Below, piece after piece: positions 30,302 to 38,349 of a DNA stretch of 64,000 nt. The translations under genes were made by a program, and so were the position numbers. Within the stretch, counting starts at the first letter, position 1, and the number at the start of each line of letters is the position of its first letter. The notes under the pieces were generated by a model. It searched no databases and was not told the DNA's origin. It worked only from the letters and a program-made list of their open reading frames with translations. Source of the DNA: a virus; IMG/VR virus record IMGVR_UViG_3300044732_000293, positions 36,842 to 100,841 of that record; one strand, 5' to 3'.

Positions 30302-30736
30302 TTATTTATTTTCTGTAGTGAATGGTACTCTGCCTATATAACAATCTTCATCCCAGCCCATATGGCGTTTAAAACCATTCAGTAGGCTATGTAAATTTGC
30401 TGCTCCTACTGGATTATGAGAATGTACTGCACAGCGTCCTAACTTAATGTTATTCATCTGACAGTATTCTACTAACCAATTAGCACAGTCTATACCTGTT
30501 TTCTCTTTATACTCTGTATACTTAGGATGTTGATATCCCTGCTGAGCAAGCTGACTAAAATAGTCATTAGTATGCTCATCAGCTAAGTCATGATCAAAGC
30601 TTATAAAGTCTGGCATTCCATTTTTAGTTATCCATTTTACAAACTCATCGTAGTTTCTTACTACATACCATGGTTTATACCCCGGAAGAGTTTCTGTAGG
30701 TGTTCTTACATCATCAAGATATAATGCTTTTTTCAT
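30302..30736 (-). CDS. Cyclic-phosphate-processing receiver-like (cREC) domain protein
   Basis: LYLDDVR, ISFDHDL, TG.DCA.WL and VHSHNP.G motifs; start placed at MKKAL (ATGA overlap). Confidence 0.75.
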   Translation of the reverse strand: MKKALYLDDVRTPTETLPGYKPWYVVRNYDEFVKWITKNGMPDFISFDHDLADEHTNDYFSQLAQQGYQHPKYTEYKEKTGIDCANWLVEYCQMNNIKLGRCAVHSHNPVGAANLHSLLNGFKRHMGWDEDCYIGRVPFTTENK

Positions 30737-30894
30737 AACCAATCTATATTAAGTAGTGATTCTTTAGTTTGTCTTATAACCAATCTAATACCTTTACATC
30801 TAAGTCTTCTAACAGCTCTTTTAAGAATTCTTTTTATGTAAAGATCTTCTATATGCGTAGATGAAAGTCTATTGATTATCTGTTCCTTTTTCAT
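30733..30894 (-). CDS. Small basic hypothetical protein (53 aa)
   Basis: MKKEQIINRLSSTH...NIDWL; its TGA overlaps the next ATG. Confidence 0.5.
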   Translation of the reverse strand: MKKEQIINRLSSTHIEDLYIKRILKRAVRRLRCKGIRLVIRQTKESLLNIDWL

Positions 30895-31327
30895 TTAATT
30901 TACTTTTAAGTTCTACAAGTTCATTCTGCATAACTACTTGGTTATTAACTAGTTGAGCTATTTCTGAACCTATCTTTTGGTTATTAATTTTCATAGCTTC
31001 TTCTAACCAATTGACTCTAGTAATTAAGCTCTGAATAACTTTAGTATGATTTGTTAAATCTATATAAGAAGAAGTAGATGGACCTATCTGTTTTCCTTCT
31101 ATTAAACATTTATTGTCTACAATAAAATGAGTTGGTATTTCTATATACTCAGTTGAATATGTTTGTCCATAAGCATCTATATATGGTAGAGTTATTCCTT
31201 GTCTACCTTCTGGACGTATACTAGTAGTAAAATAACAAGTATCAGATAACCAACTTATCATTTCATCATGTAAAAAGAATCTAGGTTTTTGATCTACTTC
31301 TCTTTCTTTTAATATATCAGTTATCAT
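30869..31327 (-). CDS. Hypothetical protein, C-terminal coiled coil
   Basis: 152-aa ORF in a tightly packed operon. Confidence 0.55.
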   Translation of the reverse strand: MITDILKEREVDQKPRFFLHDEMISWLSDTCYFTTSIRPEGRQGITLPYIDAYGQTYSTEYIEIPTHFIVDNKCLIEGKQIGPSTSSYIDLTNHTKVIQSLITRVNWLEEAMKINNQKIGSEIAQLVNNQVVMQNELVELKSKLNEKGTDNQ

Positions 31328-31328
31328 A

Positions 31329-31862
31329 TTAAAAGTTTTTATGCATTAAACTCTCTTGTACACCAGTTTGATTATGGTATTTAGATCCAGCTTTTTGATC
31401 GTAAGTCTCACCAATCTCTCCTTCTACTCTAGCAAACTCTACTTGACATATCTTCATATTAGGATATATCATGATAGGTCTAGTAGCTACTAACTCTAAT
31501 ACCAAGCTTCCTTCAAAGCCTGTATCAATAAAGCCTGCTGTAACGTGTATAAATAGACCTAAACGTCCTAAGCTAGACTTTCCTTCAACCTTGCCTCTAA
31601 TATTATTTTTGACTCCAATACGTTCATTACAAGCGTATAGATAAACTTCTCCTGGTTCTAATAAGAAACCATGTTCGGGTATTACTAAGTCAATAGTTGG
31701 ATTAGGTTTGCGTGGGTCAAGTATACCTTGTTGGTACACTTTAAACTCTGGAGCTAATGTAAGGTCTACACTGTTTGGGTTAACATGTTTCTCTACTAAA
31801 GGAGAAATAACAATGTTACCATTCTCAATCTCTTTTAGGATTGTCTTGTCTGATAGTATCAT
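31329..31862 (-). CDS. dcd: dCTP deaminase
   Basis: MILSD, NPNSVDLTL, EGKSSLGRLGL, TAGFIDTGFEG, KICQ, SKY.NQ. Confidence 0.93.
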   Translation of the reverse strand: MILSDKTILKEIENGNIVISPLVEKHVNPNSVDLTLAPEFKVYQQGILDPRKPNPTIDLVIPEHGFLLEPGEVYLYACNERIGVKNNIRGKVEGKSSLGRLGLFIHVTAGFIDTGFEGSLVLELVATRPIMIYPNMKICQVEFARVEGEIGETYDQKAGSKYHNQTGVQESLMHKNF

Positions 31863-32013
31863 ACTGTTGTTGTTTTATTGTGTTGTTTTTTATATGTTTA
31901 GGCTCATAAGGACAATGTCTACAGCCATTACCACAACAGCTTCCCCTTTTTACGTGGAAAGCTGCAGTGAATATGACTCTATCATTTTCTGTATAGAAAT
32001 ACTCTGGTTTCAT
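31825..32013 (-). CDS. Small Cys-rich Zn-binding protein (DUF5522-like)
   Basis: RGSCCGNGCRHCPY. Confidence 0.75.
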   Translation of the reverse strand: MKPEYFYTENDRVIFTAAFHVKRGSCCGNGCRHCPYEPKHIKNNTIKQQQYDTIRQDNPKRD

Positions 32014-32270
32014 TACCACTTTTTTCCTATTCCAATATTATGAATAATACGGTCAGTTGTACGCCATCCAATTACTCTCATACCGTCTCGGTAACCTGGT
32101 GCACAGGCAGTCCATTTCATATACTCTTGTTTACGTATATAAATAGATAACCAGATTATATACTCTTGATTATTCTCATCTACGTTTATAACCGAAGTAG
32201 GAAGCCAAGCAAAACGTATCTGCTCTCTTTTATCTCCTACATTTGGATCACTATTAATTTTCCATCTCAT
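32013..32270 (-). CDS. Hypothetical protein
   Basis: 85 aa, overlapping start/stop junctions. Confidence 0.55.
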   Translation of the reverse strand: MRWKINSDPNVGDKREQIRFAWLPTSVINVDENNQEYIIWLSIYIRKQEYMKWTACAPGYRDGMRVIGWRTTDRIIHNIGIGKKW

Positions 32271-32701
32271 AATAAATCTTTATTTTCTTCTGTTTTATTA
32301 GCTTCTATTTCTTTAGCTTTAACTTTAAGTAATCTTTCACATTTATCTTCCCAGCCATTACCAAAAACGTCAATCATAGGAACACTGCAACCTTCTGTTT
32401 TTTTACATACTGAAAATTCTTGATCATTATCATCTAAGTGCCAAACAAATTTTGTTCCTTTTAGATAAGTAGCTTTCCATTCCATACATGTAAATCTTAC
32501 ACGCCATCTAGGTATACCTAATCTATCTACTACTTCCCATAAATCATCTAGCGTAGCATTCATAGGATATTTATGTTTATGATTTTCATCCCAGCGTGTA
32601 GTTACTACCCATACTTCTATACCACGTTTTATAAGTTTAGCGGCATATTCTTGTACAATAGCTTGTTCTAGTGTACCATCAAAGTCAAAACTTACTTTCA
32701 T
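32267..32701 (-). CDS. HAD-superfamily phosphatase-like protein
   Basis: VSFDFDGTL (motif I), VVTTR, HLDD. Confidence 0.75.
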   Translation of the reverse strand: MKVSFDFDGTLEQAIVQEYAAKLIKRGIEVWVVTTRWDENHKHKYPMNATLDDLWEVVDRLGIPRWRVRFTCMEWKATYLKGTKFVWHLDDNDQEFSVCKKTEGCSVPMIDVFGNGWEDKCERLLKVKAKEIEANKTEENKDLL

Positions 32702-32958
32702 AGATATTTTTTTATTGAGTCTTCATAGACAATGCGGGGACGTTCTCCAACCATTCTATCTACTTCAACTCCATTTTTTAAAAAAATTACAGTGGGTACT
32801 GATGATACTTGTAACTGAGGGCCATCTGTATCTACATTTAAATTTTCCCAATCTACTATATTTCTATATACGCTTTCTAGATTAACCAAGTCTGGCTTTA
32901 CTTTTTGACAAGTGTGACACCAGTCTTCTAAAAAGACTTTTACATTTACATTACTCAT
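32698..32958 (-). CDS. Thioredoxin-like protein
   Basis: WCHTC, NVD, VSSVPT, FLKNG..V.R.VG. Confidence 0.85.
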   Translation of the reverse strand: MSNVNVKVFLEDWCHTCQKVKPDLVNLESVYRNIVDWENLNVDTDGPQLQVSSVPTVIFLKNGVEVDRMVGERPRIVYEDSIKKYL

Positions 32959-33079
32959 AAATTGCTTTTATAAAATTAATTATTACATTCCATAATAAAT
33001 AAGATACCATTAATATTGTTGTCCATACCACAAGGAATGTCCAATTATATTTCTTTATTTTCTTAAACCACTGTTTCAT
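32951..33079 (-). CDS. Small single-TM protein (42 aa)
   Basis: MKQWFKKIKKYNWTFLVVWTTILMVSYLLWNVIINFIKAIYE; fills the gap exactly. Confidence 0.5.
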   Translation of the reverse strand: MKQWFKKIKKYNWTFLVVWTTILMVSYLLWNVIINFIKAIYE

Positions 33080-33080
33080 A

Positions 33081-33350
33081 TTATTCAGTTTGAGTGTTTA
33101 AAAAGTTTTCAAAATCTTTAGCAGCTTTGGGATTAACTTCTTTTAAATGCTCTAGACTTAATTCATATCTACCATTTTCTACCTCATTTATGAAATTAAC
33201 TTCGTATAAACTATCTTTTATAATACTTACACTATCTAATTGATGTTCCAACATCGGTATCTGTTTTACTTGATTCTTTAAATCAAATAAAGTATAGAAC
33301 AGTATTGCTACTGTTCCTATACTTAAAATTGCTCCAATATACTTTTTCAT
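33081..33350 (-). CDS. Membrane-anchored hypothetical protein
   Basis: N-terminal TM helix followed by coiled coil. Confidence 0.55.
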   Translation of the reverse strand: MKKYIGAILSIGTVAILFYTLFDLKNQVKQIPMLEHQLDSVSIIKDSLYEVNFINEVENGRYELSLEHLKEVNPKAAKDFENFLNTQTE

Positions 33351-33631
33351 TTTTTTAACTGTTTCGTTGTTAAGTACTTTTCAGTTTGTTCTATTAACTC
33401 TTTGTCACCGGGTTTCATAACACCTATTCTACAAGCTACCTCTCTATTTAAAATAGGAGAGAACATTCTACGCTTAGATTCACACTTATGTTGAACTGTT
33501 GAATGTCCTACTCCTAATTTATTGGATGCTTTAGAAAATGTTTTAAATACTGCTATTAACTCTTTCTTTTCTGGATCATACACTCTAATGCATGTATCCT
33601 CATATAAAACTTCTGCTTTGTACATACGCAA
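33347..33631 (-). CDS. NUMOD1-like HTH DNA-binding protein (ATG start probably 33625)
   Basis: VYD...LIAVFKTFSKASNKLGV..STV..KC pattern. Confidence 0.55.
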   Translation of the reverse strand: MRMYKAEVLYEDTCIRVYDPEKKELIAVFKTFSKASNKLGVGHSTVQHKCESKRRMFSPILNREVACRIGVMKPGDKELIEQTEKYLTTKQLKK

Positions 33632-33640
33632 ATTTACTAA

Positions 33641-33871
33641 TTAATCTGTTATATTATAATACAATTCTCTCACTTTAGCACCTAACTCAGCATCGTTAGA
33701 TGTATTATATACTAAACTATGTGGTACTAAGAAATGTCTTCTATCTGTACCTTTCATCCAGCATGCATGACATAACTGTCCTGCACCTTCTATATAACCA
33801 ACTCTCATGTCTACATGGGTGGTATTATCATATGCTGTTTCAGCATCACATAAAATACATCTGTCTTTCAT
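33641..33871 (-). CDS. Hypothetical Zn-finger protein
   Basis: CILC...YIEGAGQLCHAC. Confidence 0.6.
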   Translation of the reverse strand: MKDRCILCDAETAYDNTTHVDMRVGYIEGAGQLCHACWMKGTDRRHFLVPHSLVYNTSNDAELGAKVRELYYNITD

Positions 33872-33874
33872 ATG

Positions 33875-34567
33875 TTAGATTTTAAATTTATTACCAAATG
33901 ATACAAGACCTAAATCAAAACGTCCATCATATACACAAGCTGCATTAGAAAATGCTGTATTAGTATGTGCAAAACGAGATATACCTTGATTAGTTGGTAC
34001 ACCATCCATATTATGAATATGTCCAAAACATACTAACTTAAGAGTATCTTTTAACTGCATGCATCTTTTATAAAGAGCCATATCTCCACAGAACTCTAGT
34101 TGACCATGTCTATCAAATGATAAATCACGTATACCTTTTGGAGGACCGTGTACTATAAGTACATCAGTATCTTCTGGTACAGCCTGCCATACATTATGCA
34201 TCTTATCACGAGCTTTCATAAATGCCCACTGACCAAATGTTGGTGTATAAGGAGAACCATAAAACTTAATACCATCTATATTTGTAAATCCATCTTCTAA
34301 ATAGATGATACCACGTTTTTCAAAGTCTTCCTTAGTTATTCTCTTTCTTTCTATACAGGTATCATGGTTACCCGCTACGTATATTTTATACTTTACGGGC
34401 ACAAGTTCATACCAGTTGAGGAAGTTAGTTACTTCCTGCTCGTTTCTAAATACATCATAGTAGTTAGAACAGTCTCCACTATGGACTACTACATCAATAC
34501 CCTCCCAGGTTGTTTCTGGGAAGGCATTGTGGAATCCATGGGTATCTGAAATATGTAGTATTTTCAT
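33875..34567 (-). CDS. Calcineurin-like metallophosphoesterase
   Basis: ISDTH, HSGD, AGNHD, HGPP, FGHIH; start placed at MKILH. Confidence 0.9.
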   Translation of the reverse strand: MKILHISDTHGFHNAFPETTWEGIDVVVHSGDCSNYYDVFRNEQEVTNFLNWYELVPVKYKIYVAGNHDTCIERKRITKEDFEKRGIIYLEDGFTNIDGIKFYGSPYTPTFGQWAFMKARDKMHNVWQAVPEDTDVLIVHGPPKGIRDLSFDRHGQLEFCGDMALYKRCMQLKDTLKLVCFGHIHNMDGVPTNQGISRFAHTNTAFSNAACVYDGRFDLGLVSFGNKFKI

Positions 34568-34568
34568 A

Positions 34569-35423
34569 TTAAAATATATATCTAATGTTACTTGGGTTAA
34601 AAAATTCTGAGTATAAAGATACAAAATCTTTTACCATTTCTTTCTTTAGTATGTGTTTATATCTAATGTTATCAGGAGCATATTGGGAGTCTTTAGACTC
34701 TTGAATATCTGGTCTCCATATTAGATCTTGTACAATCTCAGAGTTACGCTGATGCTGCTGTATATTATGTGTAAGGAATATACATTCACATTTAACATCT
34801 ACACCTGCGTCTTTAAGCTGTTGGAATAACTTACGGTATTCACCTAGCCAACCATCTGTATAGATAATAGGACTAAAGTTAATATGTACTTCCATGTATT
34901 GCTGTAATCTAGGAATTTCAGCTATACGACGAGCTATACTATCTGTACCTGGTTCTAATATATCAGAATATATCTGAGGCATTAAGCTTACCCGGATACG
35001 GTGTTTATCAGGATGGAATACAAACTTTTCATTAGGACGGAACATACTAGGATACTTAGTAGCAAAAGTAGACTTAGCCATTGCATGACAGTCAAACCAG
35101 TCAAATACATTTTGCCAATTATAATGTTTACTCATTAAAGCTACATCAGTACTGCAGCCTATATCTATAGTATAATACTTTTCATCACACTGATTAGGAA
35201 CTTTAGGCCATGGTTTATCTACTAGCCAATCATAAACAGAGTGTAGAATGGCATCAGTATTCTTATTAACATATACCTTATCATGGTTGTATCTTCCTAC
35301 ATAACAGTAGGACTTCATACAGCCACCTAGACATCCATAAATGAAGTTTGGGCTTACAGCATCAGAGCTTCTGCCATTATCTCTTGTCTTTAGAGTCTTC
35401 GTAGACTGTTCTATTATTTGCAT
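34569..35423 (-). CDS. Spore photoproduct lyase-like radical SAM protein
   Basis: GCLGGCMKSYCY (Cx3Cx4C), IGCSTD (SplB CTSD equivalent), FATKY, RIRVSL, LEPGT, FSPII..GW..EY. Confidence 0.8.
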   Translation of the reverse strand: MQIIEQSTKTLKTRDNGRSSDAVSPNFIYGCLGGCMKSYCYVGRYNHDKVYVNKNTDAILHSVYDWLVDKPWPKVPNQCDEKYYTIDIGCSTDVALMSKHYNWQNVFDWFDCHAMAKSTFATKYPSMFRPNEKFVFHPDKHRIRVSLMPQIYSDILEPGTDSIARRIAEIPRLQQYMEVHINFSPIIYTDGWLGEYRKLFQQLKDAGVDVKCECIFLTHNIQQHQRNSEIVQDLIWRPDIQESKDSQYAPDNIRYKHILKKEMVKDFVSLYSEFFNPSNIRYIF

Positions 35424-35467
35424 AGACCACTTTATTATCTTTAATACTCACCTTTACATAAGGTATT

Positions 35468-35863
35468 TTAAATCTCTTTCTTTTCTTCGGAGACGTATCC
35501 TGCGTCAAGAAATTCTTGTCTAAGTTCTTCATCATTATCTATTATAAATTTTACTATTTGAGCATCATGGTCATCCATAGGATAATCATATTGACATTCT
35601 CTATTTTCAATAAGACTTTCTAAAGTGAGTTCACCCTTTATTACCATAAGAGCATGATCATGACATGGTATAAAACCATGATTATCAAGTACTTGTTCTT
35701 GTGCTGGTGTAAGATTAAGATCTACTCTATTACAAAAAGCATCTATACAGCATTGAGGATATCCATAGTACTTACCTTTTTCTTTCCAATGATCAATATC
35801 TTCTTGAGTAACTTCAAGAAATTCATTATCATCTAGTTCATAGTTTACGCATTGTTCACACAT
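35468..35863 (-). CDS. Hypothetical Cys-containing protein
   Basis: GKYYGYPQCCIDAFC...GFIPC. Confidence 0.6.
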   Translation of the reverse strand: MCEQCVNYELDDNEFLEVTQEDIDHWKEKGKYYGYPQCCIDAFCNRVDLNLTPAQEQVLDNHGFIPCHDHALMVIKGELTLESLIENRECQYDYPMDDHDAQIVKFIIDNDEELRQEFLDAGYVSEEKKEI

Positions 35864-36549
35864 TATAGTATATTTTCTTTTAATAATATTGTCTCTACTG
35901 TTCCAGTAAGAGCTCTAAGATCAGATACGTTAGCTATCTTATAATCAAAATCCCAGTTATCTAATCCAACTTCTGAAGGATGATTATTGATAGGTTTAAC
36001 ACCTGGTCTATCTACACGGATAACTAAACCTCCTACATCTTTGATAGCTTGAGCTTCATTAGGAAATCTAGTATCTGTTATAATCCAAGTAGGATATAAA
36101 GGATGACCAGGTAATGTTCTTAAATCAAAAAGAGTACCGTCTTCTAATACGTATGATTTATCTGATATAGGTTGATAATCAACCATAAGAGCATTTACCC
36201 ATGCGTTACCATGTAATCCATCTCTAATAGCATCAGTACCTAACTTTTGTAAAAAGTCTCTTACTGACATATTCCATTCAGAACCAAGCATAGTTTTCTT
36301 AAACTCTTGGTCTTCAAACTTTTCTACAGGTATACCTGTTAACATACTTGCAATAACTTTAAGTTTGCCTGCCCATTTTTTAATCTTCCAACCAGACTGT
36401 TCTTCTAACCATCGTTGATGAGTAAGAGGAAATTCTAATACATCTTCTAAAGATACAATTGTATCAGAAATATTTGTCTTTAAATACTGTATGATAGTAC
36501 CGACAGTGTCTTTTCCACTGCCGGCATATCCGTTAATTCCTATAATCAT
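35863..36549 (-). CDS. Deoxynucleoside monophosphate kinase
   Basis: GYAGSGKDT, R..LQ.LGTD..R, ITDTRFPNE, H.SE. Confidence 0.88.
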   Translation of the reverse strand: MIIGINGYAGSGKDTVGTIIQYLKTNISDTIVSLEDVLEFPLTHQRWLEEQSGWKIKKWAGKLKVIASMLTGIPVEKFEDQEFKKTMLGSEWNMSVRDFLQKLGTDAIRDGLHGNAWVNALMVDYQPISDKSYVLEDGTLFDLRTLPGHPLYPTWIITDTRFPNEAQAIKDVGGLVIRVDRPGVKPINNHPSEVGLDNWDFDYKIANVSDLRALTGTVETILLKENIL

Positions 36550-36866
36550 ATTTCTTCAGTTGGGTTTATACCTTGTTCAAGGCAGTTAACAATTCTGTCA
36601 TGTCCAGCTTTAGCTTCTTCCCATGTACAGTATCTCCACATTTCTTCATCGTACTCTCCACCAAAGATCATGGTTTCAAATAATACCGGTTTACCACCTG
36701 GGTCCCAGTTATGATCTAAATGTAAAAACACTGTAGATATTCTTTGGTCATTTACAACATTATCTCCTATGTGTTTAATAGGACTACGTAAATCTCCATT
36801 CAAAGGATACTCTCCTTCAGGTAGCATTTCTGTAGTGTGGTCTTCATTTAACTTATACCATCTCAT
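36546..36866 (-). CDS. Conserved-looking phage hypothetical protein
   Basis: ISTVFL.LDH...PVLFETMIFGG...RY.TWEEA..GH. Confidence 0.6.
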   Translation of the reverse strand: MRWYKLNEDHTTEMLPEGEYPLNGDLRSPIKHIGDNVVNDQRISTVFLHLDHNWDPGGKPVLFETMIFGGEYDEEMWRYCTWEEAKAGHDRIVNCLEQGINPTEEI

Positions 36867-37209
36867 TGTTATTAGTTTTAGTTTCAGGAAATGGCAAAGA
36901 GTCTTTTCTCCACTCTTCTGCCTCTTGCTTATTTTTTACCAGAGTCTTAGTTGACTCTATTCTTTCTTTAAATATCTTTTCTCTTTTCTTTTGACCTAAA
37001 GGAGCATCATTACTAGTCATATGATAACCATTACAATGACAACAGTAGTAGTATCTACATTGCTTTACTTTACCTACTCTTCTATTTACTCTTTTACCTG
37101 TTGTATCATAATATCTTACGGCTGTCTTGAGACTGTTCATAGCTTCTTTAGCATCTCCAGGTGTTGGAAACCTGGATTTACCCGTTGCTTTACACTTCTC
37201 CCTTACCAT
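36853..37209 (-). CDS. Hypothetical Zn-binding protein
   Basis: C..TGK.RF ... YYCCHCNGYHMTS. Confidence 0.6.
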   Translation of the reverse strand: MVREKCKATGKSRFPTPGDAKEAMNSLKTAVRYYDTTGKRVNRRVGKVKQCRYYYCCHCNGYHMTSNDAPLGQKKREKIFKERIESTKTLVKNKQEAEEWRKDSLPFPETKTNNNEMV

Positions 37210-37528
37210 ATTTTTTATTAAGATGATTATCTATTAATTCTACTACTTCTTCTATGTCTTCACTACCAAGATCATATAGTTGCTCTGTTAGTAACATTAT
37301 ATAAACTAGATGTTCACTATCTAATTCTTTCTTTACTTCCATTGCACCAGATGAACTTGGTAATAAATCACATAAATGATTGATAGCTATCTTTACTTTT
37401 TGTACAGCATTACCTAAAGCGTATTTTTGTTTCTGACTAGTCAGAGCTTTTGCAAAGTCTAGTCTCACTTCAATACACTTTAGATGTTGCAGCACTGCTT
37501 TAAATACTGAACCAATACTATCTTCCAT
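37190..37528 (-). CDS. Hypothetical protein
   Basis: 112-aa helical ORF in operon. Confidence 0.55.
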   Translation of the reverse strand: MEDSIGSVFKAVLQHLKCIEVRLDFAKALTSQKQKYALGNAVQKVKIAINHLCDLLPSSSGAMEVKKELDSEHLVYIMLLTEQLYDLGSEDIEEVVELIDNHLNKKYGKGEV

Positions 37529-37534
37529 AGATTA

Positions 37535-38338
37535 TTATAAAAAGATTACACCATTAGCTGCTTCAAAACTTGTTACTTGTTTTTCTTCAGTAAAGTCTAA
37601 TTCAGGTTGCACATACTTCTTAATGTTACCAAACTGGTCTATAAAGAAGCTGTGTAATTTTTGGTGATCTGTCAAATAACTCATAGGATGTGAATCCTTT
37701 AGAGCTAATGTAACATGATTGTATAATGTCCACGCTGAATCAGCTGTAGCATTATATGTATGTGTAGGAGTTTCTATCTCACGCTTAACAATACCCACTT
37801 GACTAAGTGTTAGGATTTCTTGCTCTATTAATAACTGACCCACTATTGCAGCTTGCTCACTTTTTGTAAGAGTGATGTTTTTTAATAGTTCTTTGTCTTT
37901 AACTAACTGATCATAGAATGTTCTAGCATTAGCAATTTGATGTCTAATAGTATCTGTAGCTTCCTGTAAAGCATTTCCTGTATGTTTTCTAGCATAGTTG
38001 GATAAGTCTCCAGATACTACACCATTCATACAAATAAATACTTGGGCTCCTACAGCACATTTAAACTTCATCATTTTATTATAGCTGTTAGACCATGCAA
38101 ACATAAGTCCCATGTCTGAATCAGTTCCATGATTTAAATGATAGATACCTTGTGCCACTTCACCGTTAAGGTTAGTTTTATATAATTCTTTAACCACTTC
38201 AAACCCTGCAGCTTGAAGTTCTTTTCTTGTTTCATCTATAACATATCCGTGTGGAATAACTGTATATGTCTTACCGTGATTAGGCAAACTAGCTGCTCTA
38301 ATTCTCTGTTCTGTTGTAAATTCTGTTTTAACTGGCAT
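37535..38338 (-). CDS. DUF932/DUF945-like protein
   Basis: NSYN....K..VGAQVFICMNG, RKHTG, SAWTLYN.VT..LK. Confidence 0.65.
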   Translation of the reverse strand: MPVKTEFTTEQRIRAASLPNHGKTYTVIPHGYVIDETRKELQAAGFEVVKELYKTNLNGEVAQGIYHLNHGTDSDMGLMFAWSNSYNKMMKFKCAVGAQVFICMNGVVSGDLSNYARKHTGNALQEATDTIRHQIANARTFYDQLVKDKELLKNITLTKSEQAAIVGQLLIEQEILTLSQVGIVKREIETPTHTYNATADSAWTLYNHVTLALKDSHPMSYLTDHQKLHSFFIDQFGNIKKYVQPELDFTEEKQVTSFEAANGVIFL

Positions 38339-38349
38339 GTCATTTTGTT

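Noticed and set aside
30735-30787. 12-bp direct repeat ataaccaatcta (two copies)
   Set aside because: Only two short copies within a small CDS in AT-rich DNA.
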